Shown here: in pieces, positions 38,560-50,813 of the stretch
Numbering within the stretch: position 1 is the first letter of the stretch
Layout: each line of letters begins with the position of its first letter
Origin: Felis catus
Taxonomy: Eukaryota
DNA: 64,000 nt
Direction of reading: 5' to 3'
NCBI RefSeq assembly: GCF_018350175.1
Contig: NC_058381.1
Coordinates: forward strand, 26,226,001-26,290,000
Made by a program: the position numbers and the translations under genes
The notes under the pieces: model-generated
What the model was told of the DNA's origin: nothing
Databases searched by the model: none
Seen by the model: only the letters and a program-made list of their open reading frames with translations

Positions 38560-39900
38560 TATTACCAGTTGTACCAGCATGGTCCTGGTGCAAAGATAGA
38601 CAACAGACCAGTGGAACAGCACATAGAGTCCAGAAACACACCCACACATATATGGTACCTGAATTATGAAAAACGTTATACTATAGTAGAAAAGGATGGT
38701 TCTGTGTCAATTGGATACCAATTTGAAACAAAATGAAGTTTGACCCCTGACTCACCATACAAAAACAATAAATTCCAGATGTATTGTGATCTAAATGTGA
38801 AATACAATAAAATATTTAAAGGAAAACATAGAAGAATGTCTCTATGACCTTGGGCTAAGCAAAGATTTCTTAAAGACACAAAAAACACTAACCATAATGA
38901 AAGAAACTGATAGACTGGTCTGTATTGAATTAAAAACTTATGTTTATCAAAAGACATCGCTAAGACAATGAAAAGCCAAGTACAGAATAGAAAAAAAAAA
39001 AGACATTTTTTGTATATATGTGGACTTAAGTTCAGAACATTTTAAGAACTCCAATGAATCAACAAGAAAAAGACAAATAACTCAAAAGATAAATGGGCAA
39101 AGAACTTGTACAGGCTCTTTGCAAAAGAGGATATCCGAATTTCCAAGAAACATGAAAAACCATTCAATTTCAATAGTGATCAGGAAAATGCAAATTATGA
39201 CCATAATGCAATACTACTGTACTCCGATCAGAATGGCCAAAATGAAAAAGACAAACAATACTGAGCGTTGGTAGAACTTTCATACACAGCTGGTTGAAAT
39301 ATAGATTGGTACATCCACTTTGGAAAATGATTTGGCGGTATCTACTGAACTGTCAGCATCCTACAATTATGTTTACTAGGAATGTAGGAATGTACTGTAT
39401 GGACAAACAATTCCCCTCTTAGGTATATACAGAAAAATATGTGCATATGCTAACAAAAAGGCAGGTATGGTATGTTAACAGTAGCACTATTCATTATAAC
39501 TCAAAAGTGAAAACAACCCAAATGTCCATCTGCAGTAGAAAGGATAACAAATTAGAGTATATTCATACACTGGACTATTACACACCAATGAGAATGAGTG
39601 AACTACAACTTAATGCAAAAGCATAAATAAACCTTACGAACATAATATTAAGGGAAAAAAGCCAGACTTAGATGAGTACCTACTGTGTGTTTTCATTATA
39701 CAAAGACCAACCAGGCAAAACTAATTTGATGCTGTTAGAAGTTAGGATTTCCCTTGGAGAGGTGAGTAGTGACTAAATGGGACTCAACTGAGGCTACTGG
39801 ACTGCTGGCAAAAAAAGTCTGTTTCTTGGTGTGAGTACTGCTTGAATGTGTTCACGCTGTTAAAATTAATTAAAGCATACAATTATAATTTCTGCATGTC
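38560..39900 (+). mobile_element. Ancient L1 (L1MC/ME-like): ORF2 C-terminal relic and 3' UTR
   Basis: tggtcctggtgcaaagatagacaacagaccagtggaacagcacatagagtccagaa resembles L1 ORF2 WYW..DQWNRIESPE; later aaaacaacccaaatgtccatc. Confidence 0.8.
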
Positions 39901-40223
39901 ATACTTCGAAAAAGTCTACTTAAAAAAAAGGTTATTTCAAAAAGACATTCCATAACCAATCAAAAAGAGAAAAACAAAATTCAAGCCCCTGGCTTAATAA
40001 GATAGATTCTTTACACCCAGGTAGTCCTAGCATCAACTTAAATTTACAACTTTGTCTTTAGTTCTTCCTACATTTTTCATCTTTGAGGATTTTTCTTACT
40101 TTCTTAAAATTTAGCCATATATTTGAAAGAAAGTTACTCTGTTTTTTTAAATTGAGATATACGGGTCATAAAACATTATACTAGTTTTAGTTGTACAACA
40201 TAGTGATTTGATATATGTATGTA

Positions 40224-40784
40224 CAGTTGACCCTTGAACAATGTGGTGGTTAGNNNNNNNNNNNNNNNNNNNNNNNNNNNNNNNNNNNNNNNNNNNNNNN
40301 NNNNNNNNNNNNNNNNNNNNNNNNNNNNNNNNNNNNNNNNNNNNNNNNNNNNNNNNNNNNNNNNNNNNNNNNNNNNNNNNNNNNNNNNNNNNNNNNNNNN
40401 NNNNNNNNNNNNNNNNNNNNNNNNNNNNNNNNNNAGAACAAATGGATGGCTACCAGAGGAAAGGTGGGTAGGGGGATGAGTGAAATAGGTGAAGGGAATT
40501 AAGAGTACACTTATGAGGAGCATTGTACAGAGAGTACAATGTACTCTCATTGTACATGAGAGTGAAGTACAGAATTGTTGAATCACTATATTGTATACCT
40601 GAAACTAATATAACACTGTATGTTAACTATACTGAACTTAAAATAAAAAAAAATAAAGTAAGCTAGAGAAAAGAAAATGTTATTGAGAAAATCATAAGGA
40701 AGAGAAAATACATTACTGTACTATAAAAAAATCTTCATATAAGTGACCACACAGTCCAAACCCACGTTGTTCAAGGGTCAACTG
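40224..40784. mobile_element. TcMar-Tigger MITE (Tigger2a-like), itself interrupted by an L1 fragment
   Basis: Terminal inverted repeats cagttgacccttgaacaa (from 40224) and ttgttcaagggtcaactg (to 40784); TA on the left flank, TC on the right. Confidence 0.88.
40435..40655 (+). mobile_element. Carnivore L1 3' terminal fragment nested in the Tigger MITE
   Basis: gggggatgagtgaaataggtgaagggaattaagagtacac ... gaatcactatattgtatacctgaaactaatataacactgtatgttaactatactg + A tail; 5' end hidden by N run. Confidence 0.82.
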
Positions 40785-40868
40785 TCTTGCCAAATGATTT
40801 CCACAATAAGTTTAATTAACATCCATCACCACACATAGTTAAAATGTTTTCCTTGTGTTAAGAACTTT

Positions 40869-41086
40869 AAAAAAATTTTTTTTAGTTTATTTATTTTTGA
40901 AAGAGAGAGAGAGACAGACAGAGTGAGTAGGGGAAGAGGCAGAGAGAGGGAGACACAGAATCTGAAAGAGGCTCCGGGCTCTGAGCTGTCAGCACAGAGT
41001 CCAACATGAGGCTCAAACTCACAAACTGTGAGATCACAACCTAAGCCGAAGTCAGCTGCTTAACCGACTGAACCATCAAGGTGCCC
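40869..41086 (-). mobile_element. Can-SINE nested in L1, with TSD
   Basis: TSD tgtg(t/a)taagaacttt on both sides. Confidence 0.9.
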
Positions 41087-41471
41087 TGTGATAAGAACTT
41101 TTAAGATCTACTCTGTTAGCAGAAAGTTACTATATTATATTATCCATCTTTGAAAAGGTTTTTGAGCTGGAGCATTTTTCAGATTATAATATTGCCAAAT
41201 ATTATATAGGTTATAATATTGCCCAAACCAGAAGTCTTTTATGAAAAGGTGCTTGACTTCGATAGTCATCCGGAAAATGCGAATTATAACCATAATACAA
41301 CACTATTACACCCCCTCTTGTTTGAAATTTCCTTAAGCATTTTTACTTCTCAAGTGACTCTCTTCTAATTATGGCAGGGATCTAAACTCAGTCAACCATG
41401 AGGCAAAAGACACCAGTGATTTAGTCTTAACAAACAGTTCTTCATGTATCACTCTGGACTCACCTGGATTG

Positions 41472-41925
41472 TTTTTCCAGATTTATTGAGAAATAATTGA
41501 CATCCAGTACTGTATAAGTGTAAGGCATACAACATGATGGCTTGATTTACATATATATATATTGTGAAATGATTACCTTGCCACAATAGGTTTAGCTAAC
41601 ATCCATCTTCTCAAAACGATACAATAAAAAAAAAAAGAAAAAAGGAAAAAAGTTCTCCTTGTGATGAGAATTCTTAGGATTTATTTACTCTCTTAACTTT
41701 CCACAATAGTACTAGCCATTCATCATGTTGTACATCATGACTGGAAATTTGTACCTTTTGACCACTTTCCTCTAATTCCTTTTCCCCCCTACCCTCCACC
41801 TCTGGTAACAAGTCTCTTGTTACAAGTCCCTTTTTCTGTAAATTTTGTTTGCTTGTTTGTTTGTTTTAGATTCCACATGTAAGCGTGATCATACAATATT
41901 TGTCTTTCTCTGCCTGACTTAGACA
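41472..41925 (-). mobile_element. Carnivore L1 3' end, antisense
   Basis: gatttattgagaaataattgac ... ttagattccacatgtaagcgtgatcatacaatatttgtctttctctgcctgactta. Confidence 0.82.
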
Positions 41926-42629
41926 TACTAATTATCTTCCCTGTTGTGCCTTACATTCTTAGGCGTTAGATGTACTAATTACTTTCCTTGTTGCACCAAG
42001 TAATCCCCCAGCCAGCAAGAAGGTGAGGAGACAGAAGTGACAGGAGAGCGGAAACTCTGGTTTGAAAGAGTGTGCTTTCTCTTTCCCTTGACCCTAGTCT
42101 GTTTGAGAATGCTGGTTCTTATGGGTATTCCAGCAGATTCATTTTTAAAAGGCCTTTTTATAAAATGTGCTTAGTTGAAGCGAGAAAAATTTAACAGGAA
42201 TGTGCACACTAAATCTTGTGTTGTGGAACCATTAGTTCTCAGAGTCAGGGGAGGTAGTTAGAAGAATAATTTTGATATAGTGATATGTTTTCGTTAGTTC
42301 ACAAACTGGTTATTTTCTCCTGTTAAGTCTCTACTTAAAGTTTAATTTAAATTGGGAAAAAAATGCACAAAAACAAGATGAATCAGATGGTTCCCTCTTC
42401 TTCTGTGCTTAGCTTTCCAGTCGGTTTCAGGGAAGAAACAGAAGGGAAGACATGGTCCTACAGTCTAGGAGCTTGTTATTTGACTGGAGACTCAGAACTA
42501 GCACACGTGCAGCAACAGCAAAAATGTGGAGTATAATCACCACCTATAACGTGGGACATAAGAAAGAAGTACCTTTAATTTCTTTCCTCTGCATTTCCAA
42601 ACATAGCTGTTTCCTCATTTTGTTTTTGT

Positions 42630-42834
42630 TTTTTACATTTTTATTATAATGCTTAATTTATTTTTGAGAGAGTACATGCAGGGCAGGAGCAGAGACAGAG
42701 GGGAACAGAGGATCTGAAGCAAGCTCTGTGCTGACAGCAGAGACCCCAATGTGGGGCACCAACTCACGAACCGCAAGATCTCATGACCTGAGCCCAGTCG
42801 GACACTCAACTGACTGAGCCACCCAGGTGACCCC
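42630..42834 (-). mobile_element. Can-SINE
   Basis: Reverse-complement head; TSD ct(c/t)attttgttttt. Confidence 0.88.
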
Positions 42835-43140
42835 CTTATTTTGTTTTTGTGGTGCATGGTATTTATTTCAATATCTTTCCATTATATTTTCTAAATGGAG
42901 GTTTCTGAGATATGGTGGGAAAACAGTTTTTATTTTGTAAATGGGTACTATTACTCTCTCTTGGTTCTAGTAGCTTTGATTCTCTTGGATTTTCTAGTTA
43001 CACAATCTTATCTTTTGCAAACATTGATAATATTGCAAATAATAAAACCCCTCCCTCCCTCTCTTCCCTTCTATCTTTTTATTGGGCAGAATTTACTTTA
43101 ACAACAATGTAAAATAAGTGTAGTGATAATGGATCTTCTT

Positions 43141-43367
43141 GGGGGTGCCTGGGTGTCTCAGTTGGTTGAGCATCTGACTTCAGCTCAGGTCATATCTCAG
43201 TTTGTGAGTTCCAGCCCTGTGTTGGGCTCTGTGCTGACAGCTCAGAGTCTGGAGCCTGCTTTGGATTCTGTGTCTCCCTCTCTGTCTACCCCTACCCTGC
43301 TCACGTTCTGTCTCTCTCACTCTCAAAAATGAATAAATGTTAAAAATTTTTTAAAAATTAAAAAAAA
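43141..43367 (+). mobile_element. Can-SINE with 13-bp TSD
   Basis: TSD aatgga(t/c)cttctt 43128-43140 and 43372-43384. Confidence 0.9.
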
Positions 43368-43559
43368 ACACAATGGACCTTCTTGTCTTGACTCTGACTT
43401 CTCTTGAAATCCTTCTAGTACTTTATCCTTATGTTTTCTTATATTATATATTTGATTATTGCATTTGTTCTATTTGTTCTATTCTTTCTAAGAGAATCAT
43501 TTATCCACTGACTTCTGTATCTATCATGCTGTCTCATTGTTTTTTTTCTCTTTTCCCCG

Positions 43560-43860
43560 GTATTCTGAGTGATTTCTTTTATAGCTTAACCAGTACCTTA
43601 TATGCTAATGATTTCCAAATCAAGAAACAAATCACTTCTGTCTTGAATACCAACATCTGTATTCCTAGTTTTGGGTATTGTTATCCGATGTCCTATGGAT
43701 ACTGCAAGCTTGACATACTCAAAATTGAAATCCTTTCCCCATAAAAAAAAGTTCCTTCTCCCGTGTGTCCTAATCAGAAGCTGATGATTTACCAATCACC
43801 TGGTCATTCATCTAAGGAAGAAAACTTAGTTTTGTCCCCTTCCTCTTCCTGCTCTCTCCT
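43560..43860 (+). mobile_element. L2 ORF2 relic with degenerate RT YADD motif
   Basis: ttatatgctaatgatttccaaatc reads LYANDFQI (L2 LYADDSQI-type), followed by gacatactcaaaattgaaatcc. Confidence 0.65.
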
Positions 43861-43919
43861 TCTCACATACAGTTGAAACACAAATGTTTTTATTAAATAA
43901 GGCCAAAAGAGTTGGATTA

Positions 43920-44119
43920 GGGGCACCTGGGTGGCTCAGTCAGTTAGGCATCTGACTTCAGCTCAGGTCATGACCTCACGGTTCATGGCATCCAGCCCCG
44001 TGTTGGACTCCACGCTGACAGTGCTGAGCCTGCTTGGGATTCTCACTCGTTCTGCCCCTCCCCTGCTCTTGCTTTCTCTCTCTCAAAATAAATAAATAAA
44101 CTTAAAAAAAAAAAAAAAA
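43920..44119 (+). mobile_element. Can-SINE
   Basis: ggggcacctgggtggctcagtcagttagg head, A tail, imperfect TSD aaaagagttgga/aaaagaatggga. Confidence 0.9.
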
Positions 44120-44844
44120 GAATGGGAACGGCAAAATGAAATAATCTCATGTGTAAGGTATTATGAATGGTGTGAAATAAGATCCTCACATTTGTGGTGG
44201 TAGGAAAAAATTCTATTAAAAAAAACACACACACATCACAGCCCCAACTAATAGGGAAGTTGCAACATTGATTTTCAGGGTAAATAACACGACTGTTTAA
44301 GAAGACACTTTGATGGAACTTTTTAGCTGAGAAGGGCACAGCTTAGATGTACTAGACAAAGAGAGAGCTGAACGTTTATGTGGAAAAAAGGGAGAAGACT
44401 TGAGTTTCTACAGAACATCATTGTGAAAGAGAGTGGGTGGGACCACCAGATGGAGATGTCCAGAGATGTGAAGAGGGACTAGGAGACAAGAGGGCCAGTA
44501 AGCTAGAATCAAAGGAAAGTTCCTTTCTTTCTGAGAGATTCTCTGTAATGAGGGTGGCCTGGGGACTATAGGACCGTGATGTTCACTTCCGAGTTGTTTG
44601 CTGTGCTATGTTGTTAGCCCTTCTATGACTCCCATAAAAAGATACTATCCATAACAGCCTTGCATAAATGGTGCTGAAGGAAACTAGAATGAGGTGCAGT
44701 AAAAAGAAGTGAAGCTTTCACTATATCACCTCTCCTCGAGGCTAATGTGGCTGGTGGCAGCAGTGTGTGGCAGAAGGACAGTTCAAGGCTATTCCCTTGA
44801 ACCAAAACCCCTTTCATCAAGGATATTAGAAGAAAGTGATCTTT

Positions 44845-45071
44845 TTTATTGATTTTTTAAAATGTTTAGTTATTTTTGAGAGAGACAGAGATAGAAAGAG
44901 AGAGGATGGGGGTGGATAGAGAGTGGGGATGGGGAGGCAGAGATTCCCAAGCTGGCTCTGCACTGACAGCAGAGAGCCTGATGTTGGGCTTGAACTCACA
45001 AACTGTGAGATCGTGACCTGAGCCAAAATCAAGAGTTGGATGCTTAACCAACTGAGCCAACCAGGTGTCCC
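44845..45071 (-). mobile_element. Can-SINE with 14-bp TSD
   Basis: TSD agaaagt(g/t)atcttt 44831-44844 and 45075-45088. Confidence 0.9.
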
Positions 45072-45880
45072 AGGAGAAAGTTATCTTTGAAAGGGGGCAG
45101 GTAGGCACTTATGTGACACCTACAATCTAGAAAGGAGATTAACACAAGTAAAATCATAATACAAAGCACTGTAAAATACATGCCATAGAGTGGTATATAC
45201 AAAAAACTATTGGAGTACAGAATAGGAAAACAGAAACATTGAAAATCACCACATCAAGGGGAGGCTTTGATATTAATGAAAAGTAGAATGAGATAAAAAT
45301 ATCTGAATGCATATATAATAAAAGCAATGTGCATACCAACAACACACAAATAAATGTGCTATGAGTCACTAAAAACTCTAACAGTGATTTCTGCAATAGT
45401 AAATTTAAGAGCACATTTTTAAAAGTGAAACAAAATATTTGTTGATTAAATAAATGATGAATGAAGAATTTGTTAAGTAATTCAGAACGGGAGAGTGATA
45501 AATGAATCAGTGCAACTAATCAAGCAGGAAAAATTGTAAAATAAAGGAATGGATGGCTTACAAAGAGTGTCTGAGATCTTGAGTTGATACATTGGCTAAA
45601 AATAAATTTGAGAATGAACAGCATAGATGCTAGGATATCTCCTTACTTTACCAAGATCACAAACCCTGGTGCTAGCCAGGGTGAGGTCAATTGATGAAGA
45701 CTGATCAAGGACAAAGGGTTTAGAAAGCTTCTTAAATTCTGTTATAAGGAGCAGCAAAGATGGAATGGGAGGCAAAACCTCATTGCAACTGCTCCTGATT
45801 CATTCTGATCATAACTGGCTACTCTGAGTACCTTATGGCAACTAAGAAATACTAGTATAAGAAGCAGGAAAGAGCATGTT

Positions 45881-45950
45881 TGTGTGTGCGTGCATGTGCA
45901 CGTGCATGCGTGTGTGCGTGTGTGTATGTGTGAGAGACAGAGAGAGAGAG
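45881..45950. repeat. Compound (TG/CG/CA)n followed by (AG)n microsatellite
   Basis: Direct read. Confidence 0.9.
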
Positions 45951-46939
45951 AGAATATGAATGAAAGTCTATGTGTAATTTGTGAGTGAAACATTGTGATT
46001 GACAAAATGAAAATCAGATTGTCCAATTGTATTTGCCGTAAGTATTCCTCCCTAGCTTTTGTGATTGTAAAAATAATACTGGATTTTCATTTGACAAATA
46101 CAAGGAACATGGTAACTGAGTTGCTTGGAATGGTTAAACACATGGTTCTGATATTTCTGAGTATTTGAAGAAAAGAAAGAAACAATCAGAAGCCCTGGCC
46201 AACAATTATTTGTCCACTGTGGTCTCCATACATGCCAAAGGTGCAGACGCAAATTTGGGGAGAGTGGTGGAAGAAAGGTTTTTGACCAAAGATTAGGGAT
46301 GGACTGAACAGACTAACTGCTAAAGGGTCCCCCTTCCTAAGGTGAAGGGGACAGACATTTGTTGAGAGCTATGTGTCATGTGGGCACGTGGACGTATCAT
46401 CTTATTGATTCTCACAAGGGAATAAAGCAAGTGCAATTATCTTCCTTTAACAAACAAGAAGGGTCTGAGAGCTTACACAGTGGGTGAAGATTGGAACTTG
46501 GTTTAGATACCAGGTTTGTTAGCTCCATATTACCACACCACCATGAACCCTAAGTAAGGATGAAGATTCTTTTTTACAACTTCTTACTGACTCTCAGGAA
46601 CAAAAAATCTCTGTGAGACTCTGATGGCTGTTTGACACTAAGCAGAAATCCCCCAGAAACAGGTGAAAGTTATCAACAAAAGCCCATACTTTTTGAGGGC
46701 CTCTTGGGACAGACTCCTGCTTTTGGGAAAAAAAAAATATGTGTAAAATAAACTGAATCAACTCCAGATTCATCCCAACCAATACTATCCAAGTGGGACT
46801 AGGGAAGCCATTCACTAAGGATGAACCAAATTCCAGCTTATTTTTCCTCTTGTGACAAACAATTAGGTAAAAAGAACAAAGATAGCAATAACAAACTATA
46901 TTTAAAATTCTGCTTATCAAAGGTCAGCATAAATAAGTG

Positions 46940-47910
46940 AAAAGAACAAGTCAGAAATATATTTTTAACATGTCAAGTGACAAAGATTTAGTGTATATAA
47001 AGAATTTATACAAATTAATAAGAAAAAGACAAACAATTCCATAGAAAACTGACAGAAAGACTTGAACACACACTTCATAAAAGAATAAATATGATTGACT
47101 GATAAACATATGAGCAGATGCTTAGCCTCACTGGAAATCAAGAAAATGCAAAGTAACACCAGAAAGGGAAAACATTTCACATTCATTAGACAGCCAAAAC
47201 TTGAAATGTCAAATAAAACCAAGAAATAGAAAGGGTATAAAGCAACTGGAGCAAATTTACACTGCTGGTGGTTGTGTACAACAATTTGGAAAACAGTTTG
47301 GCATTATTTGGGATGTTAAAGATGTGTAAACTCTATGACTCAGCAGAAATAAATCCCTAGAGAAATTTTTGCCATGTTCCCCAGAGGGCAGGTACAGTAA
47401 TGTTCAAAGCAGAATTGTTTGCAATAGCTAAACATTGTAATCAGCCCAAATATCTCTCAAGAGGACAATGGCTAAATCAATTTCAGTATAGTCAAACAGT
47501 GGAGTATTATACTGCAGTGAACACAAAGTTTTGCCATGTATATCAACATGAGTGAATATTGCAAGCATGTTGAATGAAAGAAGTAAGTTGCAGAAGAATA
47601 CACACGGTATGACAACATTTTTTGAAGCTCAAAACAAAAAAACTGAGCATCACAGTTTAGGAATATTTACTTCCATAGGTGAGCTACATAATAAAGAAAA
47701 GTCAAGGAGTCATAAACATGACATTCAGGATAGGGTAACCTCCAGGGAAGAGGGAGCAGGATTTGAGATGGGGCAGAAGCACACAGATGTCTTCAGTGGT
47801 ATGAATGGTGTCCTTTTTCTTAGCCTGTGTTTTGGGTACAAGAGTGCTTATCTTATTATTCTTCTGCCTGATATATATTTTATATGCATTCCTTTGTATG
47901 CATAACTTAA
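46940..47910 (+). mobile_element. Ancient L1 (L1ME-like) 3' region
   Basis: gatgcttagcctcactggaaatcaagaaaatgcaaag, acaatttggaaaacagtttggcatt, gagtaagttgcagaagaatac-type text. Confidence 0.7.
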
Positions 47911-48806
47911 AAAAATGAAGAAAGAAATAGCATTAAGGGCTTAGAAATGCATTAGTTTTAATAGGACCTCACTAATTTCCCCTCCCTAATCAGTTAGTAT
48001 TCATCACTTTTACTTTGCCTTAATGATTCTCTTTGGAATGGAATTTGCAGTGTATAAAAGGATTAGACAGCAGTAGGTAAAATTGCTAACTGTTGGTAGA
48101 TCTGCAGTTTGCTTTTGACATTTAAAAAGTACAAAGTAAACTTCAGGTGTGAATGACCCCTAAATGCTCCATGGACATTTCTGTAGTTCCTCCATTAATG
48201 AAGAAGATGTTTTTGAAAATCCCTCTGTTGATAGACACTTTGTTTCAAGAGATAGATATCATATGGGTAGTTTGGGATTAGGGCTCAGAGCCACTGATTC
48301 CCCTCCTGGCTCCCAAACCAGGCGCCACAGCCAGACATTCCCTTTCTCCCCTGAGATAAGCCTTGACTCTCCAAGTGTCTCAGACTGGAGACCAGAGGGC
48401 AACCTCCTGCTCAGGGATGGGAGGTCCCATATGGTGGCTTCCCTGCTCCCGCTTTGCTTTTTCTTCAGCTCCTCTTTGTTAGCTGCCAAAGTTCTAACAC
48501 TTCAGGAGACCAGACTCTTCAAACTTCCCTCACATCGGGCTGTTCTAATGAGCTGAGTTGTCAGAGTATTACTTACCAGAGCTAAGTCATCTGACTGATT
48601 TCTCACAGCTCTTAGGCACCCCTGCCATACAGGTAGCATTATTAGCTCCTTGTCACTTGTCTGACTCCTAAAACTTTGGGGGCTTTCTTTTGGGAATCTA
48701 TTTTTCACTTTGTCTGATACTTTGAGTGTCTATATAGCTTCAGTGGCCAGTGAAAGGTATTAGAAGAAGAACAGAATGGGTGAAATTTTTTTCAATGAAG
48801 AGGTTA

Positions 48807-49008
48807 GGTACACCTGTGCAGCTTAGGCAGTTAAGCATCAGACTCTTGATTTTTGCTCAGGTCATTATTTCATGGTTCGTGAATTCGAGCCCCACATCCC
48901 ACTCTGCGCTGACGGTGCAGAGCCTGCTTGGGTTTCTGTCTCCCTCTCTCTCTGCCCCTCTCTCACTTGCTCTCTATCTCTCTCTCAAAATAAAAAATAA
49001 AAAAACAA
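48807..49008 (+). mobile_element. Can-SINE
   Basis: TSD aatgaaga(g/a)gtta; B-box-like gaattcgagcccc. Confidence 0.87.
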
Positions 49009-50642
49009 AATGAAGAAGTTAAAGGACTTTTCACTGATGACTACTATAGATAAACTTCACAGATCTAAAAGACCAATTATTTGCTACCAATAAAGGTCAG
49101 TCTATTATATGTCAGGCCGTATTGGCATGTATTATCTTTTCTGTTGGTACCAAACTTATAAGGAAAGTATAACCGAGATTTAAATACATATTGGTCAAAA
49201 TCCAATAACCCGTAAAAATCTGAATCAGTCACTGACTCCAAACCTCTTAAGGCAAGGACAGCTCCAGCCAGTGTGGTGAGGGACAGTGAAGGTCACATGG
49301 CCTGTTACTCTGAATATGCAATAACATTAGATTCCATCACTCCACTGCCCTAGTTCAGTGTATAGAGAATCCATATTTCTGGTGGAAAAACACTGCTTTT
49401 TCAAAACATGTTTTCCTGCATATTTACAGAGGCAAGCTTTTGAGGCATTGTGGACCAACAGCTTAGAAGCCTATTTTTTACCTAATGAAGTTTTGGGGGG
49501 GTGTTTATAGACATCCCCCAAATATCTAAAACTAGAAACGTCTCTATTTTGGGGCACACAGCTTAAGAACAGCTAAGAGAGTAGATGCCAAACTTCAACC
49601 CAGAGTGAATTTTTATGACTTGAGCTGTAAGCCTATGAAATTAAGGGTTTAAAATGGAAACGCTGACACAATCTTTGCACTTCGTAGAACGTTGAGTGCT
49701 AGTGGGGGTGGTGCTATCCTCTTGCTGCTGCTGGCCTCCTCTGTGCTAGGAGACTTCCTGTCCAGCTTTCTTTACTGTGGGGCCTCTTGTTCTCTTAGAT
49801 CTCCCCAAGCCTTCCCCTTGCCCAGCTAGGAAAGGAAGCTTAGATACAGGCCCATCTGGAGATACTCAGTGTGATGCCTGGACGGACCGTAGAGTGCAGC
49901 CTGTGGAGCCCTTACTGGTTTCAGAGCTTTGTGGTGTTGGGATGGCGCTGTCTGTGAGCCCTCCTAGCCTAAAATCTCCCAAGTGGCCCTGAGAGGTACT
50001 ACACTGAGCTATCATGCTGTGGCAAGCCAACACCTTCCTGGGAATACTTCCCATGATGCAGAAGGCCACCATTCCTGAGGTTTACAGGACTCCCCCTGGA
50101 TTTGCCAGGGCCTTTTGGCTGAGTTCCCATCATCCTGAAAGAAAACCTCTGTCAGAAATGCTTTCCTTCATGAAGGCAAGAATGACATGTATTGATGGCT
50201 GCCCGAAAGCTACCTCAAATCAGTATGATTCAAGTATGCAGACTTTGTCAGACTGCCTGGATTCGAATCCACACAGTACCTATCTCACAGGATTGTTCTG
50301 AAGATTCAGTGAGGTCATATACTCGGAGTGCTTGACACTCACTCGGGAAGGCCTGGGTGAGAGCGGTGTGCTCTTTTACCCTGAATCAAGAGGCAGGGTC
50401 AGGAACTAAGAGGACTGGCTCTGGGAACACTGCACATGAGTGAACCCAAGGGAGATAAGATGGAATTGATGACTTCAAAATAAAATTTTATTTGCCTGAT
50501 GTGTTACAGTGTATGGTCTCATAATTTAATCAGAGCATCCTTAGGGAGGCTGTCTCCATTGTACAGACTAAGGCTCAGAGAACTTAAGTGACATGGCCAA
50601 GCCCATATAGCTAGCAAGTGAAAAGCCAGGGCCTGGGTGCCT

Positions 50643-50813
50643 GGGAGCCTGGGAGGCTCAGTCAGTTAAGCATCTGACTCTGGCTCAGGTCATGATCTCA
50701 CGGTTTGTGAGTTTGAGCCCTGCAAAGGGTGGGCCCCTCTTCTCTCTCTCCCTCCCCACTCTATGCCCCTCACTCACTTGCATCCTCTCTTTCTCTCTCT
50801 CTCTCAAAAAAAA
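50643..50813 (+). mobile_element. Can-SINE, internally deleted
   Basis: gggagcctgggaggctcagtcagttaagc head followed directly by the CT tract and A tail. Confidence 0.82.

Larger units (their letters stand above)
40140..41125 (-). mobile_element. L1 3' end (L1MA9/L1_Carn-like), antisense; host of nested insertions
   Basis: ttttttaaattgagatat...gttgtacaacatagtgatttgatat [insert] ...ccacaataagtttaattaacatccatcacc [SINE] aagaacttttaagatctactc. Confidence 0.8.
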
